Source: Bdellovibrionota bacterium
GTDB lineage: Bacteria > Bdellovibrionota_C > UBA2361 > CALJRW01
Direction of reading: 5' to 3'
NCBI GenBank assembly: GCA_041740355.1
Contig: JBGSMD010000038.1
Location: forward strand, 119,223 to 183,222
DNA length: 64,000 nucleotides
The first letter of the stretch is position 1. The number at the start of each line of letters is the position of its first letter. Below, piece by piece: positions 31,743-42,476 of this stretch. The notes beneath the pieces were generated by a model. It ran no database searches and was not told where the DNA came from. It saw only the letters and a program-made list of their open reading frames with translations. Made by a program: the position numbers and the translations under genes.

Positions 31743-32114
31743 ATGGGACTTAAAGAAATTAAGCAAAGAGAAGTAAGAAGAACTAGAAGTAAGTATAAGA
31801 TTCGTAAGAAGGTTAATGGTACAGAAGCTAAGCCTCGTGTATCAATCTTTAAGAGCTCACTTCACACTTATGCTCAAGTTATTTCTGATGTGACTGGTAG
31901 CACTTTAGTTGCTGCTTCTACAAAAGATAAAGATTTTCAAACTACAGCTAGCACTAAAAGTGTTGACTCTGCTAAATTAGTAGGGGAATTACTTGCTAAA
32001 AAAATGCAAGCTAAAGGTATTGATGCTGCAGTATTTGACCGTAATGGTTTTAAGTATGTTGGACGAGTTAAAGCGGTTGCTGAAGGACTTCGTTCTGCTG
32101 GATTCAAGATTTAA
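31743..32114 (+). CDS. rplR: 50S ribosomal protein L18
   Basis: YAQVISD and [13 protein letters not shown]. Confidence 0.98.
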   Translation: MGLKEIKQREVRRTRSKYKIRKKVNGTEAKPRVSIFKSSLHTYAQVISDVTGSTLVAASTKDKDFQTTASTKSVDSAKLVGELLAKKMQAKGIDAAVFDRNGFKYVGRVKAVAEGLRSAGFKI

Positions 32115-32125
32115 TTATAAAAGTT

Positions 32126-32662
32126 ATGAAAACTAAAGAAAAAATTTCTAGAAAGAAAATTAGCACTCAAGATTGTGGTGAGTTAACAGATAAAACTGTA
32201 GCCGTTAATCGCGTAGCTAAAGTTGTTAAAGGTGGACGTCGTTTTAGTTTCAACGCACTAGTTGTTACTGGCGATGGACAAGGTCACGTAGGATTTGGAA
32301 CTGGTAAAGCACAAGAAGTTCCTGATGCAATTCGTAAGGCATCTGAAGCTGCTCGAAAAAACATCGTTAAAGTACCGATGAATGGCGGAACTATTCCTCA
32401 TGAAGTAATTGCTGAATTTGGACCTGCTCACGTAATCTTAAAGCCTGCTTCTCCTGGTACAGGGGTAATTGCTGGTTCGGTAGTACGTGCTGTTGCTGAA
32501 GCTGCTGGTATTCATGACATCCGTACTAAGTGTATCGGATCGACAAGTGCTAACAACACTATTATGGCAGTATTAAGTGGTTTCTTAAGTCTTAGAAGCC
32601 CAGAAGAAACTGCATCTCTACGTGGTAAAACACTAGAAGATTTAAATTATAGCGCTTATTAA
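32126..32662 (+). CDS. rpsE: 30S ribosomal protein S5
   Basis: [15 protein letters not shown] and [11 protein letters not shown]. Confidence 0.99.
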   Translation: MKTKEKISRKKISTQDCGELTDKTVAVNRVAKVVKGGRRFSFNALVVTGDGQGHVGFGTGKAQEVPDAIRKASEAARKNIVKVPMNGGTIPHEVIAEFGPAHVILKPASPGTGVIAGSVVRAVAEAAGIHDIRTKCIGSTSANNTIMAVLSGFLSLRSPEETASLRGKTLEDLNYSAY

Positions 32663-32693
32663 TAAGCATAAATTTTTTATATTGGATCAGAAG

Positions 32694-32882
32694 ATGTCTA
32701 GTAAATATTTAATTCGTCAAGTCCGTAGCAATAGCGGTCAGACAAAAAGAACAATCGCTACTTTAAAGAGTATTGGTCTTGGTAGGATCGGCAAAGAAAT
32801 TGTTCTTAGCGCTGAAGATCCATGTATCCTTGGTAAGATTACTAAGCTTAAACACTTAGTTTATGTAACTGACGCAAAATAA
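32694..32882 (+). CDS. rpmD: 50S ribosomal protein L30
   Basis: IRQVRS...ATLKSIGL...KHLV, located between rpsE and rplO. Confidence 0.93.
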   Translation: MSSKYLIRQVRSNSGQTKRTIATLKSIGLGRIGKEIVLSAEDPCILGKITKLKHLVYVTDAK

Positions 32883-32909
32883 TAAAAGTATAAACCTTAG
32901 GTAAATAAA

Positions 32910-33383
32910 ATGTCTGAACACAAACAACTTTCAACTTTAGCTCCAAATCCAGGTTCTGTTAAACCAAGAACTCGTAAGGGACGTGGTATCGGTTCTGGTA
33001 CTGGTAAAACTGCTGGTAAAGGTCATAAAGGTCAAAAAGCTCGTGCTGGTGGAAGTATCCCTGCTTGGTTCGAAGGTGGAGCAATGCCTCTTTACCGTCG
33101 TTTACCAAAAGTAGGGTTTACTTCAATCCAAAAAGTTACTGGTATGAATCGTTTCAACTTAGTAAATTTAGATATTCTTGATCGTCATTTTGCTGATGGC
33201 TCGGTAGTTGATGCCGAAGCACTTTTTGCAGTAGGTTATGCTACTAAAAATTTTAACAAAGCTGGTGTTAAAGTATTAGCAAATGGTGAGATTACTAAAA
33301 AGCTAACTGTGAAAGTTAACGCTATTTCCGAAGAAGCAAAAGCAAAAATTGAAAAAGCAGGTGGGACTGTTGAGCTAGTATAG
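32910..33383 (+). CDS. rplO: 50S ribosomal protein L15
   Basis: GRGIGSGTGKT..GHKGQKAR and FEGG.MPLYRRLPK. Confidence 0.99.
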   Translation: MSEHKQLSTLAPNPGSVKPRTRKGRGIGSGTGKTAGKGHKGQKARAGGSIPAWFEGGAMPLYRRLPKVGFTSIQKVTGMNRFNLVNLDILDRHFADGSVVDAEALFAVGYATKNFNKAGVKVLANGEITKKLTVKVNAISEEAKAKIEKAGGTVELV

Positions 33384-33406
33384 TTTCAATCAATAATTAT
33401 TAGTAG

Positions 33407-33449
33407 AAGCCATTGTTGATTCTGATTGGAGTCAACAATGGCTTTTTTT
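33407..33449 (+). terminator. Intrinsic terminator after rplO
   Basis: aagccattgttgattc...gagtcaacaatggctt followed by a T-run. Confidence 0.92.
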
Positions 33450-33485
33450 GTTATTTAAAATCCTTGCTACATACTCTTATGAATA

Positions 33486-34162
33486 ATGCAGGCTAGACGT
33501 ACACCTATTACAGCAGTTATGATATATAGTATTGGAAACTTTTTCATCTTAAAAGGACAGTTAATCTATGTCGCTGACATTAGTAAAAGAAAAAATATAA
33601 ATGGAAAAACAAATGCAAGAATGCGATGTATCTTTGAAAACGGAACAGAGTCAAACCTTTTATTACGGTCATTGGCCAGAGAACTCTACAGGAACGGAAG
33701 GCGTGTTACGGAAATATATGAAAATCTGCTAAATGCTTTTGATAATATCGAAATTAATGACATCGACTCTGGATTTATTTATGTTCTAAAAACATTAAGT
33801 ACTGACCCATTGATAAACAGAATTAATAATCTCTATAAAATTGGTTATTCAAAAACTTCTATTGAAAAAAGAATTCAAAATGCAATCGATGATCCCACAT
33901 ACCTAATGGCACCTGTAAAAATTATTAGTACTTTTCAGTGCTTTAACTTGAACCCTCAAAAGCTGGAATTGTTACTCCATAACTTCTTTGGTAGCTCCTG
34001 CCTAAATATTGATATTTTTGATAAAAATGGACTGCGCCACTCTCCAAGAGAATGGTTTGTCGCCCCCTAGATGTAATTGAACAAGCAATCCATTTCATTT
34101 TGAACGGTGAAATTGTTGACTATCGCTATGACCACACAGAGCAAAAGATTATAGGAAAATAA
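33486..34162 (+). pseudogene. T5orf172/GIY-YIG-like nuclease remnant (frameshifted, probably N-truncated)
   Basis: GFIYVLK, YKIGYS, RIQNA..DPTYLMAPV and PREWFVAP. The reading continues in another frame as LDVIEQAIHFILNGEIVDYRYD to TAA at 34160-34162. Confidence 0.8.
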
Positions 34163-34226
34163 TTACAGTAAACCCCAAATTGATGTTAATAGAAAACTTA
34201 AAATAATTCTATTCTATAAAATTAAA

Positions 34227-35693
34227 ATGGAAAACCAAATCCCTCCTTCATCTAAATGTCCTTGTGGTAGTAGCAAGAAGTATAAAAAATGTTGTGGAGC
34301 TAATTCTGACTCTAATCTAGAGCAAAAGTATCGCTTGATTAGAGAAACTGAGAACTCGGTTTTTATAAAGAGCTTTGAAATTATTCATGATGACTTTCCT
34401 GAAATATTTGAGGAGGCATTAGATACCTTTGCACGAACAACAGGCGAAGCCCCTGAAGATATTGATGCAACTAGTGAAGAAGTAATTCAACACCTTTTTT
34501 CTTACTGGCTAATAGGGTCTTTCCCGGGTTTTTTAAAAGTTCAGTCTGGCAAAAATATCTATCTGACTTTTGGTGAATTCGTAACGATTAAGAATTCTAG
34601 ATATAATAAATATTTTAATCATGCAGAGCAATTATTTTTAAGTGCAAATTCCAGGAGTATCACTTCTTGGTTCCAGGTAAATCAAGTTAATCCAAGTGTT
34701 GGTTTAGAACTTAAGGACTTGTTTACTGATTCAAACTTTGAAATAAGAGAATCAGCAGCTTCTCAAATCTTGTCCCGTGGATCAATTATTTTTGCTCGTG
34801 TAGTTAATCTATATGGCATTAATTTTCTTGCGGGAATATCTCCATATCCCTTAAATGAAAGCGACTTATTAGTAGTAATTAAGGCTCGGAACGCACTGTT
34901 AAAAGAGTTTAAAAATTTTGTTGATCAGGAGGAACTGCCACTATGGTTTACTAGAGATATTGCTCGGATTAAGGTCTTTAGTGAATTGATTTCTAGTAAT
35001 ATTGAAATATCGAATCTACCCTTAAGCATTAATAACACCGATGGTGACCCGATGGAATTTTTGGATGTAGTTTTTAAAATTCACGATTCAGTAGAAGACG
35101 TTTTGACCAAGCTAAAGCAGAAAATTGAAGCTTGTGATAATATTTCTTTAGAGGAACTGATTGTCCGTTGGAATAAGTTAAGTGTTGCGAAACAAAATAA
35201 AGTTGGACTAAAATTTGATTTGTTTGAGAAGGGTAAGAATAAGGCCTTAGAGACAATTATTGTGGGGCGTGCAACCATTTATAAAAATTCATTAATTGTC
35301 GAAGTTAATTCTTCGAGGCGAGCTAAGAAAATTAGACAAGAATTTACTAAAATCTTGGGAAATAGTTGTAAGCCATTAATTGTTCCCCATTTAGATCGAG
35401 ACGAAGAAAATGAGAAGATTTCTGAAAACACAGATTTATTGCACAGTCCTGAATTTATTAAAGAGCTAACAGAGAAGGGGCGCCAGCATATTGAAATGTG
35501 GTACAAAACTAAAATTCCGATGTTGGATAATAAAACCCCAATTCAAGCCGCTAAAACTAAGCAAGGAAGGGAGCTCTTGGAGGCTTTGCTGATTTACTAT
35601 GAGAAAATGGAAAGTAAAAATTCGCCGCAGAATTTAAGTAAGTATTTTAGTCCCAATCCAGAGGAAGTTCGAATTCGGCTTGGGTTAAGATAG
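34227..35693 (+). CDS. SEC-C motif protein with C-terminal Xre/MbcA/ParS-like (DUF2384-like) domain
   Basis: CPCGSSKKYKKCCG at the N-terminus and W...IPMLDNKTP.QAA...GR..LEALL at the C-terminus. Confidence 0.8.
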   Translation: MENQIPPSSKCPCGSSKKYKKCCGANSDSNLEQKYRLIRETENSVFIKSFEIIHDDFPEIFEEALDTFARTTGEAPEDIDATSEEVIQHLFSYWLIGSFPGFLKVQSGKNIYLTFGEFVTIKNSRYNKYFNHAEQLFLSANSRSITSWFQVNQVNPSVGLELKDLFTDSNFEIRESAASQILSRGSIIFARVVNLYGINFLAGISPYPLNESDLLVVIKARNALLKEFKNFVDQEELPLWFTRDIARIKVFSELISSNIEISNLPLSINNTDGDPMEFLDVVFKIHDSVEDVLTKLKQKIEACDNISLEELIVRWNKLSVAKQNKVGLKFDLFEKGKNKALETIIVGRATIYKNSLIVEVNSSRRAKKIRQEFTKILGNSCKPLIVPHLDRDEENEKISENTDLLHSPEFIKELTEKGRQHIEMWYKTKIPMLDNKTPIQAAKTKQGRELLEALLIYYEKMESKNSPQNLSKYFSPNPEEVRIRLGLR

Positions 35694-36899
35694 GATAGTT
35701 TCCCAAGGAATCATTGTGATATTTTTGGTAATTTTATTAACTTCTTGAATTGGTGCGAAAATTAAAAAATTTGCCGAAGGGTATTTTTTTAAAAAACTAT
35801 TGATACTTCTTAGCTCATAGTTAGAAGGCTCAGTTGATTTAAAATATAAATTTATTCCTGTAATCTTTTCTTTGGTTTTAATGACTAGATCGACAGTTGA
35901 CTTGGAGTCAGAAGAATAGTGAAAGATTTCTGGTGTCATTTGACCATAATTTTGAAATTGAGAATATATTTCATTTAATAAGAATATTTTATGTTGAAGT
36001 TTTTCGGAAATCGGGTTTTTGATATCTAGCCAATAATTGAGGAGTGCTGTATCAAATATTGAATATTGATTGTGAGCTGTTCGATTTGCATAGTTAGGTA
36101 ATTTATAAATAATAAACAAAGATTCTAAGGCATTGATATGTTTTTGAACACTAAGTCTGGATGTTGAAATTTCCTTTGCTAAAACGCTAATATTTACTAA
36201 AGGCTCATGTGCGATTAATCTTAAAATTTCAATTGCTATTGATCCATTTAGGTTATTAAGATTTAGTTCTTGAATATCTCGATAGCAGATAGTTTGAATC
36301 CAGTTTTCAATTTGAAGAGATCGTTCTATTTTGTCGCCAAGTCCACAAAAAATAGGGATGCCACCTCTTTCTAACCAAGTGTCTTTATGTTTTTTTAGAT
36401 TGACATTGTTTACTTTTAAATTGATTTTTCCGTTTAGTAAGTCGATCAATTGTCGTGCTGGCTTTGATTTGCTTAGCTCGCTAATGTTTAGTGGATAGAG
36501 CCTGTTAAGGCCAATTCTTCCAGTCAATGATTCACGGACTCCAGAAATATTTGAAAATTCTACTGAACCCGAAACCGTAAATAGTCCAATCCTTCTATTC
36601 TGATCTACTAAAAATTTTATTGAATCAAAAAGACGCGGTGCTTTTTGTATCTCATCGATAATAATTTTTTTTGTTAAATTTTCAGTGTGTCGGATTAAGA
36701 AATCTTCCGGTGATTTTTTTGCTTTTTGTAACTCGATACTGGAGTCTAGGGTAATATAAGTAGCATTTAATTTATGTGCCCACTCATGAATTAAGAACGT
36801 ACTCTTTCCAACTTGTCGAGGGCCAAGCAGGCCTAAAACAGGGAAGATTTTACTTTTTTTTGTGAAGATCTTGGCGATCTCTCTTTTTCTTAGGTGCAT
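35685..36899 (-). CDS. AAA_14 ATPase with DUF4143-type C-terminus
   Basis: GPRQVGKST, IIDEIQK, SGS and RESLTGR. Confidence 0.9.
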   Translation of the reverse strand: MHLRKREIAKIFTKKSKIFPVLGLLGPRQVGKSTFLIHEWAHKLNATYITLDSSIELQKAKKSPEDFLIRHTENLTKKIIIDEIQKAPRLFDSIKFLVDQNRRIGLFTVSGSVEFSNISGVRESLTGRIGLNRLYPLNISELSKSKPARQLIDLLNGKINLKVNNVNLKKHKDTWLERGGIPIFCGLGDKIERSLQIENWIQTICYRDIQELNLNNLNGSIAIEILRLIAHEPLVNISVLAKEISTSRLSVQKHINALESLFIIYKLPNYANRTAHNQYSIFDTALLNYWLDIKNPISEKLQHKIFLLNEIYSQFQNYGQMTPEIFHYSSDSKSTVDLVIKTKEKITGINLYFKSTEPSNYELRSINSFLKKYPSANFLIFAPIQEVNKITKNITMIPWETILS

Positions 36900-36905
36900 T
36901 TTTAT

Positions 36906-36959
36906 AGTTTAATTTAGTGCCAAGGATATTGCAAGATTTTTTTTATTATCCTTGGCACT
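36906..36959 (-). promoter_or_regulatory. Sigma70 promoter overlapped by a 13-bp inverted-repeat operator
   Basis: Minus strand TTGCAA-17-TAAACT ends 6 nt before the ATG. Inverted repeat agtgccaaggata / tatccttggcact. Confidence 0.65.
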
Positions 36960-37176
36960 TTAAAGTTAACATGTTGTTATTGTTGAAAATAAGTCTAATT
37001 ATTAATATTTATCTTTGGAATTGCGTTTAGCACTCATAACTAAAGACTGTCCTATATATTGCATTTGTTAAATAGGACTTAGAAGATAGAACGTGATTAG
37101 AAAGATTTTTACTGTAAATTCAAGTGTTCTATGGTAATAAACTCAGGCATAAGTTTTAGCATTATAGCATTTCCTT

Positions 37177-38313
37177 ATGCCGTCTGTACCAGTTGTTCAA
37201 TCCCCTTCAGAAAGTTCTAAGTTACCCACATTACCAACCGAAAGTTTTTTAAGTACGGTTACTTTGCTAGCTGCTTTATGTTGTTGTCATCGCAATGAAA
37301 TTAGAAAAGTTAAAGATAAGCCCAGAAAATTTGCCTGCTTAAAGGGCTTAAAAAAGATTGACCCTGAACTAAAAAGTAAGTGGCGACTGACAGATTACAC
37401 GAAAGGGGATTTTAAAAGTGCCTGCAAGTTTAGAAAATCAAGCATTTCGGAACGTCCAGCACGTGTAGTCGGAGAGGTTAATTTACATGAGTATGTCGCT
37501 CCGCTCTTAAATCTTTCTAGGGAGTCCCAGTTTAATGGTTGTCGTATTTTACACTTAAGTGACATCCATTTGCAGTTTAAAGATCGCCGATCATTGAATC
37601 AGTTGGTGGCAATTGCCAGAGAACTTCCAAAATTAAATATTGATTTTTTAGCTATTACTGGTGATTTAGTTGATGGGAAAAAAAGTGATTTGGGAGACGA
37701 GGGATTGGCAGCGCTGCGTTTATTAAGACATAATGTCCCGAGAGCATTCTTTGTTGCTGGCAATCATGATTATGACGCGGGAATTGATCACGTTATTGAG
37801 ACTGTAAAACGTGCAAAGATCGAAGTCTTAATCAATCAGCATGTTATTTTAGAAAAAGGTAGCGATCGCTTAGAAATTATTGGACTGGATGATGTTTATC
37901 ATCAGATTAGAAAAGATGCCCATTTTTTTAAGAAAGGTAATATTAGTGTAAATTCTTTGGTGGAAGATCATCCCACAGTTGTCTTAGCACATTCCATTGA
38001 CTCCTTGTCTGATGCCGATTATCCAGCATTAGATTTAGTCTTTAGTGGTCACACTCATGGATTAATGCTAAAGGGTCTACCGTTTCGTAAAGAATATTTA
38101 AAGTTTCATCCTGGAGAGAAATTACTCTATGATCATAATAATCAACATTCTGGTTGGAAGGCTTTAACTCCCAGAACACTTTCATTTGTATCCAACGGCT
38201 TTACTGATGCGCACCGGCGTGGAATTAAGAAAGGCCATCCATTTATACAAGCTTCAGAGGCAACGATCATTGAATTAAGATCATATCAAGAGTTCTTTGA
38301 GGAACGGCAATAA
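37177..38313 (+). CDS. Calcineurin-like metallophosphoesterase (YkuE-like)
   Basis: LSDIH, TGDLVD, GNHD and SGHTH. Confidence 0.9.
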   Translation: MPSVPVVQSPSESSKLPTLPTESFLSTVTLLAALCCCHRNEIRKVKDKPRKFACLKGLKKIDPELKSKWRLTDYTKGDFKSACKFRKSSISERPARVVGEVNLHEYVAPLLNLSRESQFNGCRILHLSDIHLQFKDRRSLNQLVAIARELPKLNIDFLAITGDLVDGKKSDLGDEGLAALRLLRHNVPRAFFVAGNHDYDAGIDHVIETVKRAKIEVLINQHVILEKGSDRLEIIGLDDVYHQIRKDAHFFKKGNISVNSLVEDHPTVVLAHSIDSLSDADYPALDLVFSGHTHGLMLKGLPFRKEYLKFHPGEKLLYDHNNQHSGWKALTPRTLSFVSNGFTDAHRRGIKKGHPFIQASEATIIELRSYQEFFEERQ

Positions 38314-38379
38314 TATTAGCAGTGACTTTGAGAATTGCTGTTTTAAAATCTGTCGCTTATGATACCGAGCATAACTTGA

Positions 38380-39657
38380 TTGACTGTTAATTCTCTGTTT
38401 ATGATTAAAAAGAATCTTTTTAACAGGAGTTTTATACAGATTATTTCTCTAGTAGCAGTTCTGATCTTTTTTTTGATAGTATCATATCTTGTCTTGGTAG
38501 ATAGAAAGCCTAAGAGTCAGTTTAGGATATCGGCTTCTCGACCTTTGGGATCGGAATGTGGATTGCAAGATTCAGTTATACCAAAAATGTCATCTGGTGG
38601 AAGTTGGGGAGGCCCTGCACACTACGATCCGACTAGAACGATGAACGCTAAGAAAAATAAATTTGGATGGTTTACGATCAATTCAATTATTGGTTATGTT
38701 TCCTTTAGTCAAAAAGGAACGTTGCAAATTCGCTCCTACGATGACTTAAACGGGGAGGTATATTGTGGTTGGAGCTCTGCTAAGATTAACTTTGAATTAT
38801 CGGGTAATCAATCGGAAAAAAAGTTTATTAGATTTCATACATGTATGGTGGGAGATGGGGATCATGGGGGAGATCAAGTTCATGAAATTTGTTGGTTTCC
38901 TGAGGGTGCCGCCAATGGGCAGATAATTTATTCTTCCGCCCACGACCCAAGAAAATCAACAAAACAAGAATTATCCAATGCAGAAATGTATATAGAGAAG
39001 GATCTGCAAGATTTGGGCCTAGCAGTTATGATTATTCCCGCCTTAACAAGGGAATACAAACTAAAGAAAGCAAAGTTCATTCTTGATCAAACTATAGGCA
39101 AATTTAAGTCTGGATCGACCGCGAAAGACCTGGAAGTTGGGCAACAAACTTTCGAACACCGGATGTTACCTGAGGACTGGCTAGCCGTGCTTCAGAATCA
39201 ATTAGCATTTAGCATAATGGAGGGATCTATAGAATTATCCAAGAAAATACTAGCTGAAGTGGAAACATTTCTGAGGGAAAAGGAAGCTCTGAATTGTTAT
39301 GATTGTAATCGCTACAAAAGTAACTTGCCATTGTATCGATGGTTATTGGATTATGGCAAAGGAAAGCGATTTGCTCAGAACCATCTATTAATAGAAGAGC
39401 CAGAAGAAAGGGTTAATGGTGACGTATATGGAGTTACTCAGTTTTTACTAAAAAAAACCTTACAAAGTGATTTTCTTAAATTTGGTGAAATAAATGGTTA
39501 TTTTTGGGTAGGTCTTTCTTGCTATTTAGAGAAAGATTTCGAATGCGCCAAGGTGCAACTGAGTAAATTCATTAATGAGAATGATAATTTTGGTAACCCT
39601 TGGAGATTCCCATTTGAATTTCCCTTAGCTTGCATGCTCATGAACGAACTAAAATAG
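38380..39657 (+). CDS. Hypothetical membrane-anchored protein (start may be ATG 38401)
   Basis: 425-aa ORF with an N-terminal TM helix. No family recognised. Confidence 0.7.
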   Translation: MTVNSLFMIKKNLFNRSFIQIISLVAVLIFFLIVSYLVLVDRKPKSQFRISASRPLGSECGLQDSVIPKMSSGGSWGGPAHYDPTRTMNAKKNKFGWFTINSIIGYVSFSQKGTLQIRSYDDLNGEVYCGWSSAKINFELSGNQSEKKFIRFHTCMVGDGDHGGDQVHEICWFPEGAANGQIIYSSAHDPRKSTKQELSNAEMYIEKDLQDLGLAVMIIPALTREYKLKKAKFILDQTIGKFKSGSTAKDLEVGQQTFEHRMLPEDWLAVLQNQLAFSIMEGSIELSKKILAEVETFLREKEALNCYDCNRYKSNLPLYRWLLDYGKGKRFAQNHLLIEEPEERVNGDVYGVTQFLLKKTLQSDFLKFGEINGYFWVGLSCYLEKDFECAKVQLSKFINENDNFGNPWRFPFEFPLACMLMNELK

Positions 39658-39705
39658 AAAACTTTTTTTAAACGGATAAATGTTTAACTTGGGCCAAGTA
39701 ATAAG

Positions 39706-40353
39706 ATGAAGGTTGTACTAATTAGTGATACTCATAATCAACATTTAAGACTTTCCGAATTACCTTCTGCAGATATTATCATTCACGCAGGAGATGCGAC
39801 TGGTCTCGGGAAACGAAAAGAATTTATTGAATTTATTAGTTGGTATGGAAGTTTGACCTATTCCCATAAGATCTTCATTGCTGGGAATCATGACTGGTGT
39901 CTAGACCCTAATTATTTAGGAGATTTAAAGAAAGAGGAGGCGGAGTTGCTTTGCCGAGAGGCCGGAATTATTTATTTGCTTGATCAGGCAATAGAAATCC
40001 AAAGCAAAGTTTTTTATGGCACACCTTGGCAACCATACTTTTTTAATTGGGCCTTTAATATCAAAAGTGAAGAGGAACGAGCAAAAATCTACAGTCAAAT
40101 TCCAATCAATACGGATTTTTTAATAACACATACTCCACCGGCAAAGATTTTAGATTCAAATAAATATGGTCTGTCATGTGGCTGTGAAGCTTTACTATCT
40201 GTAGTTCAAAAGGTTAAGCCACAATTCCATGTCTTTGGACATATTCACGAAGCTTATGGAAAAAAAGTAATTGCAGATACTACTTTTATCAATGCTGCTA
40301 ACCTTGATGAATCTTATCGAATGAAAAATCCTCCATTTTTAATTGAGATTTAG
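39706..40353 (+). CDS. Metallophosphoesterase, MPPED1/2 (239FB)-like
   Basis: ISDTH, HAGD, AGNHD, THTPP and FGHIHE. Confidence 0.9.
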   Translation: MKVVLISDTHNQHLRLSELPSADIIIHAGDATGLGKRKEFIEFISWYGSLTYSHKIFIAGNHDWCLDPNYLGDLKKEEAELLCREAGIIYLLDQAIEIQSKVFYGTPWQPYFFNWAFNIKSEEERAKIYSQIPINTDFLITHTPPAKILDSNKYGLSCGCEALLSVVQKVKPQFHVFGHIHEAYGKKVIADTTFINAANLDESYRMKNPPFLIEI

Positions 40354-40448
40354 CTAGTGCATTTCAACTTTAAAATATAGCAATCACGTGAATTGATTTC
40401 CAAATTTAATTGGAATCTTTATGTATTTTATGACTAGGTCTTTTTAAG

Positions 40449-41057
40449 TTATAAACTAGAAAATAAATACGGTAATTCCTGTCTTTTTTTAGCGATCAAA
40501 TGCTCATTATAAAGTAGGCCTTTTGTTTGATCCCAATTGCCGGTAGTAAAAGCGGACTGCAGTCCGGGGTCAAGGAAATATGAAAATAGGTTTTCCGCGA
40601 TAGATAATTTGCCCACAGTTAAATCTAAACTAATACCTGCAGTTGGATTTTGAAGGATAATATTTTGAATCTGTTCGGCAAGTTCAGGATTTACCGTTAA
40701 GCAGGGAAGTCCAATTGAATAGCAATTTGAAAAAAATATTTCAGAAAAAGAAACGCCAATAATGCAGTCTATGCCCCAACGTTTTATTCCTTGAGGAGCA
40801 TGCTCTCTAGAAGATCCACAACCAAAATTGGAATTAACAATTAGGAAGTTTGCTCCTTGATAAGTTGGGTCAACAAAAGGGTGGGTTAAACCTTTTTTTT
40901 CTGAAGAAATAATTTCATCAGCAAAAACATATTTCCCCAGATTAGAAAAAGTTAATTCCTTTAAATATCTAGCAGGCATAATCCGATCGGTATCAATATC
41001 ATCTCCGATTAATGGCAGCCCACGACCTGAAATTTGATTAACAATTAAATCTTTCAT
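40449..41057 (-). CDS. leuD: 3-isopropylmalate dehydratase small subunit
   Basis: DIDTDRIMPA and NFGCGSSREHAP. Confidence 0.95.
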   Translation of the reverse strand: MKDLIVNQISGRGLPLIGDDIDTDRIMPARYLKELTFSNLGKYVFADEIISSEKKGLTHPFVDPTYQGANFLIVNSNFGCGSSREHAPQGIKRWGIDCIIGVSFSEIFFSNCYSIGLPCLTVNPELAEQIQNIILQNPTAGISLDLTVGKLSIAENLFSYFLDPGLQSAFTTGNWDQTKGLLYNEHLIAKKRQELPYLFSSL

Positions 41058-41059
41058 TG

Positions 41060-42475
41060 CTATTTGATATTAAAAACTTTTCGACAATCCTGAATCTCTC
41101 CGGTAACTGCAGCGGCTGTTACCATGGCTGGAGACATAATTAGTGTTCGGCCGGTTGGAGAACCCATCCGTCCTTTGTAATTACGATTTGAGGTTGAGGC
41201 ACAAAGTTGGTCACCAACAAGTTGATCCGGATTCATCCCTAAGCACATTGAACAACCTGGTTCTCTAATTTCAAAACCTGCAGCAGCAAGGGTTTTTAAA
41301 ATACCAAGTTTTTCTAACTCAACTTTTACGTTCTGCGATCCAGGGACAACTAATGCTTGAACACCAGCAGCAACTTTAAAATTATTTTGAGAAATAAGAT
41401 CTGCCACTAATTGAAAATCAGAAACTCGAGCGTTGGTGCATGAACCGAGAAAAGCTAAATCAATTTTTTTACCAATAAGTTTTTCCCCGGGTGTAAATTG
41501 CATGTACTCCATCGCTTCCGTAAAGCCTGCGGCATTCATGTTTGCGGATTCTGGATTTTGGGGGAGGGGTGAAGTAATTGAAACTGATTGATCAAGCCCG
41601 ATTCCCCAAGTAACCATAGGAGCGATCTCTTCGGCACGATAATTTACGATATCGTCATAAATTGCATCAGAATCCGATTTAATTGATTCCCAATATTTTA
41701 AGCGAGCATCCCAGTCACTATCTTTTGGTGCGTAAGGGCGACCCTTAATGAAATCATAAGTGGTTTGATCGGGATTTACATATCCACAGCGAGCACTTCC
41801 TTCGATGGACATGTTACAAACAGTCATTCGCTCTTCCATAGTAAATCGGTCAAAGACATCTCCTCCATACTCATAGGCATATCCGCCACCACCGTTGGCA
41901 CCAAGTTTATTGATGATGTAAAGAATTACATCTTTAGCATAAACTCCAGGAGCCAATTTACCATTAACATTTATTCGCCGAACTTTTAATTTTTGGGTTG
42001 CCAAAGTTTGTGTGGCTAAAACATCACGAACTTGAGAAGTGCCAATTCCAAAAGCGATAGCTCCAAATGCTCCGTGAGTTGCCGTGTGTGAATCACCACA
42101 ACAAATTGTAATGCCAGGTTGAGTTAGTCCTTGTTCTGGTCCAATTACATGCACGATTCCTTGCTCGCCGTTTTGTGGAGAAAAGTAGCGAATTCCATAT
42201 TGCTTAACATTACGCTCTAACTCACTCGCCATATCTTCACTAAGGATATCTAAGAAGGGGCGTTGCGTGTGCTTTGTAGGGATAATGTGATCGATCGTAG
42301 CAAAGGTCAGCTCCGGATATTTTACCTTTAGTCCAAGTTCTTCTAGCATGGCAAATGCTTGTGGAGTAGTTACTTCGTGAATTAAGTGAAGTCCAATGAA
42401 AAGTTGAAAGACTCCTGGTTTTAATTCGCTGACAACGTGTTCGTCAAAGACCTTTGAATAAAGTGTTTTTCCCAT
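41060..42475 (-). CDS. leuC: 3-isopropylmalate dehydratase large subunit
   Basis: [29 protein letters not shown] and STSNRN. Confidence 0.97.
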   Translation of the reverse strand: MGKTLYSKVFDEHVVSELKPGVFQLFIGLHLIHEVTTPQAFAMLEELGLKVKYPELTFATIDHIIPTKHTQRPFLDILSEDMASELERNVKQYGIRYFSPQNGEQGIVHVIGPEQGLTQPGITICCGDSHTATHGAFGAIAFGIGTSQVRDVLATQTLATQKLKVRRINVNGKLAPGVYAKDVILYIINKLGANGGGGYAYEYGGDVFDRFTMEERMTVCNMSIEGSARCGYVNPDQTTYDFIKGRPYAPKDSDWDARLKYWESIKSDSDAIYDDIVNYRAEEIAPMVTWGIGLDQSVSITSPLPQNPESANMNAAGFTEAMEYMQFTPGEKLIGKKIDLAFLGSCTNARVSDFQLVADLISQNNFKVAAGVQALVVPGSQNVKVELEKLGILKTLAAAGFEIREPGCSMCLGMNPDQLVGDQLCASTSNRNYKGRMGSPTGRTLIMSPAMVTAAAVTGEIQDCRKVFNIK

Positions 42476-42476
42476 A

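Noticed and set aside
34055-34075. Programmed frameshift in the T5orf172 gene
   Set aside because: No canonical slippery heptamer or stimulatory structure, and the gene also looks N-truncated. Decay or a sequencing error is simpler.
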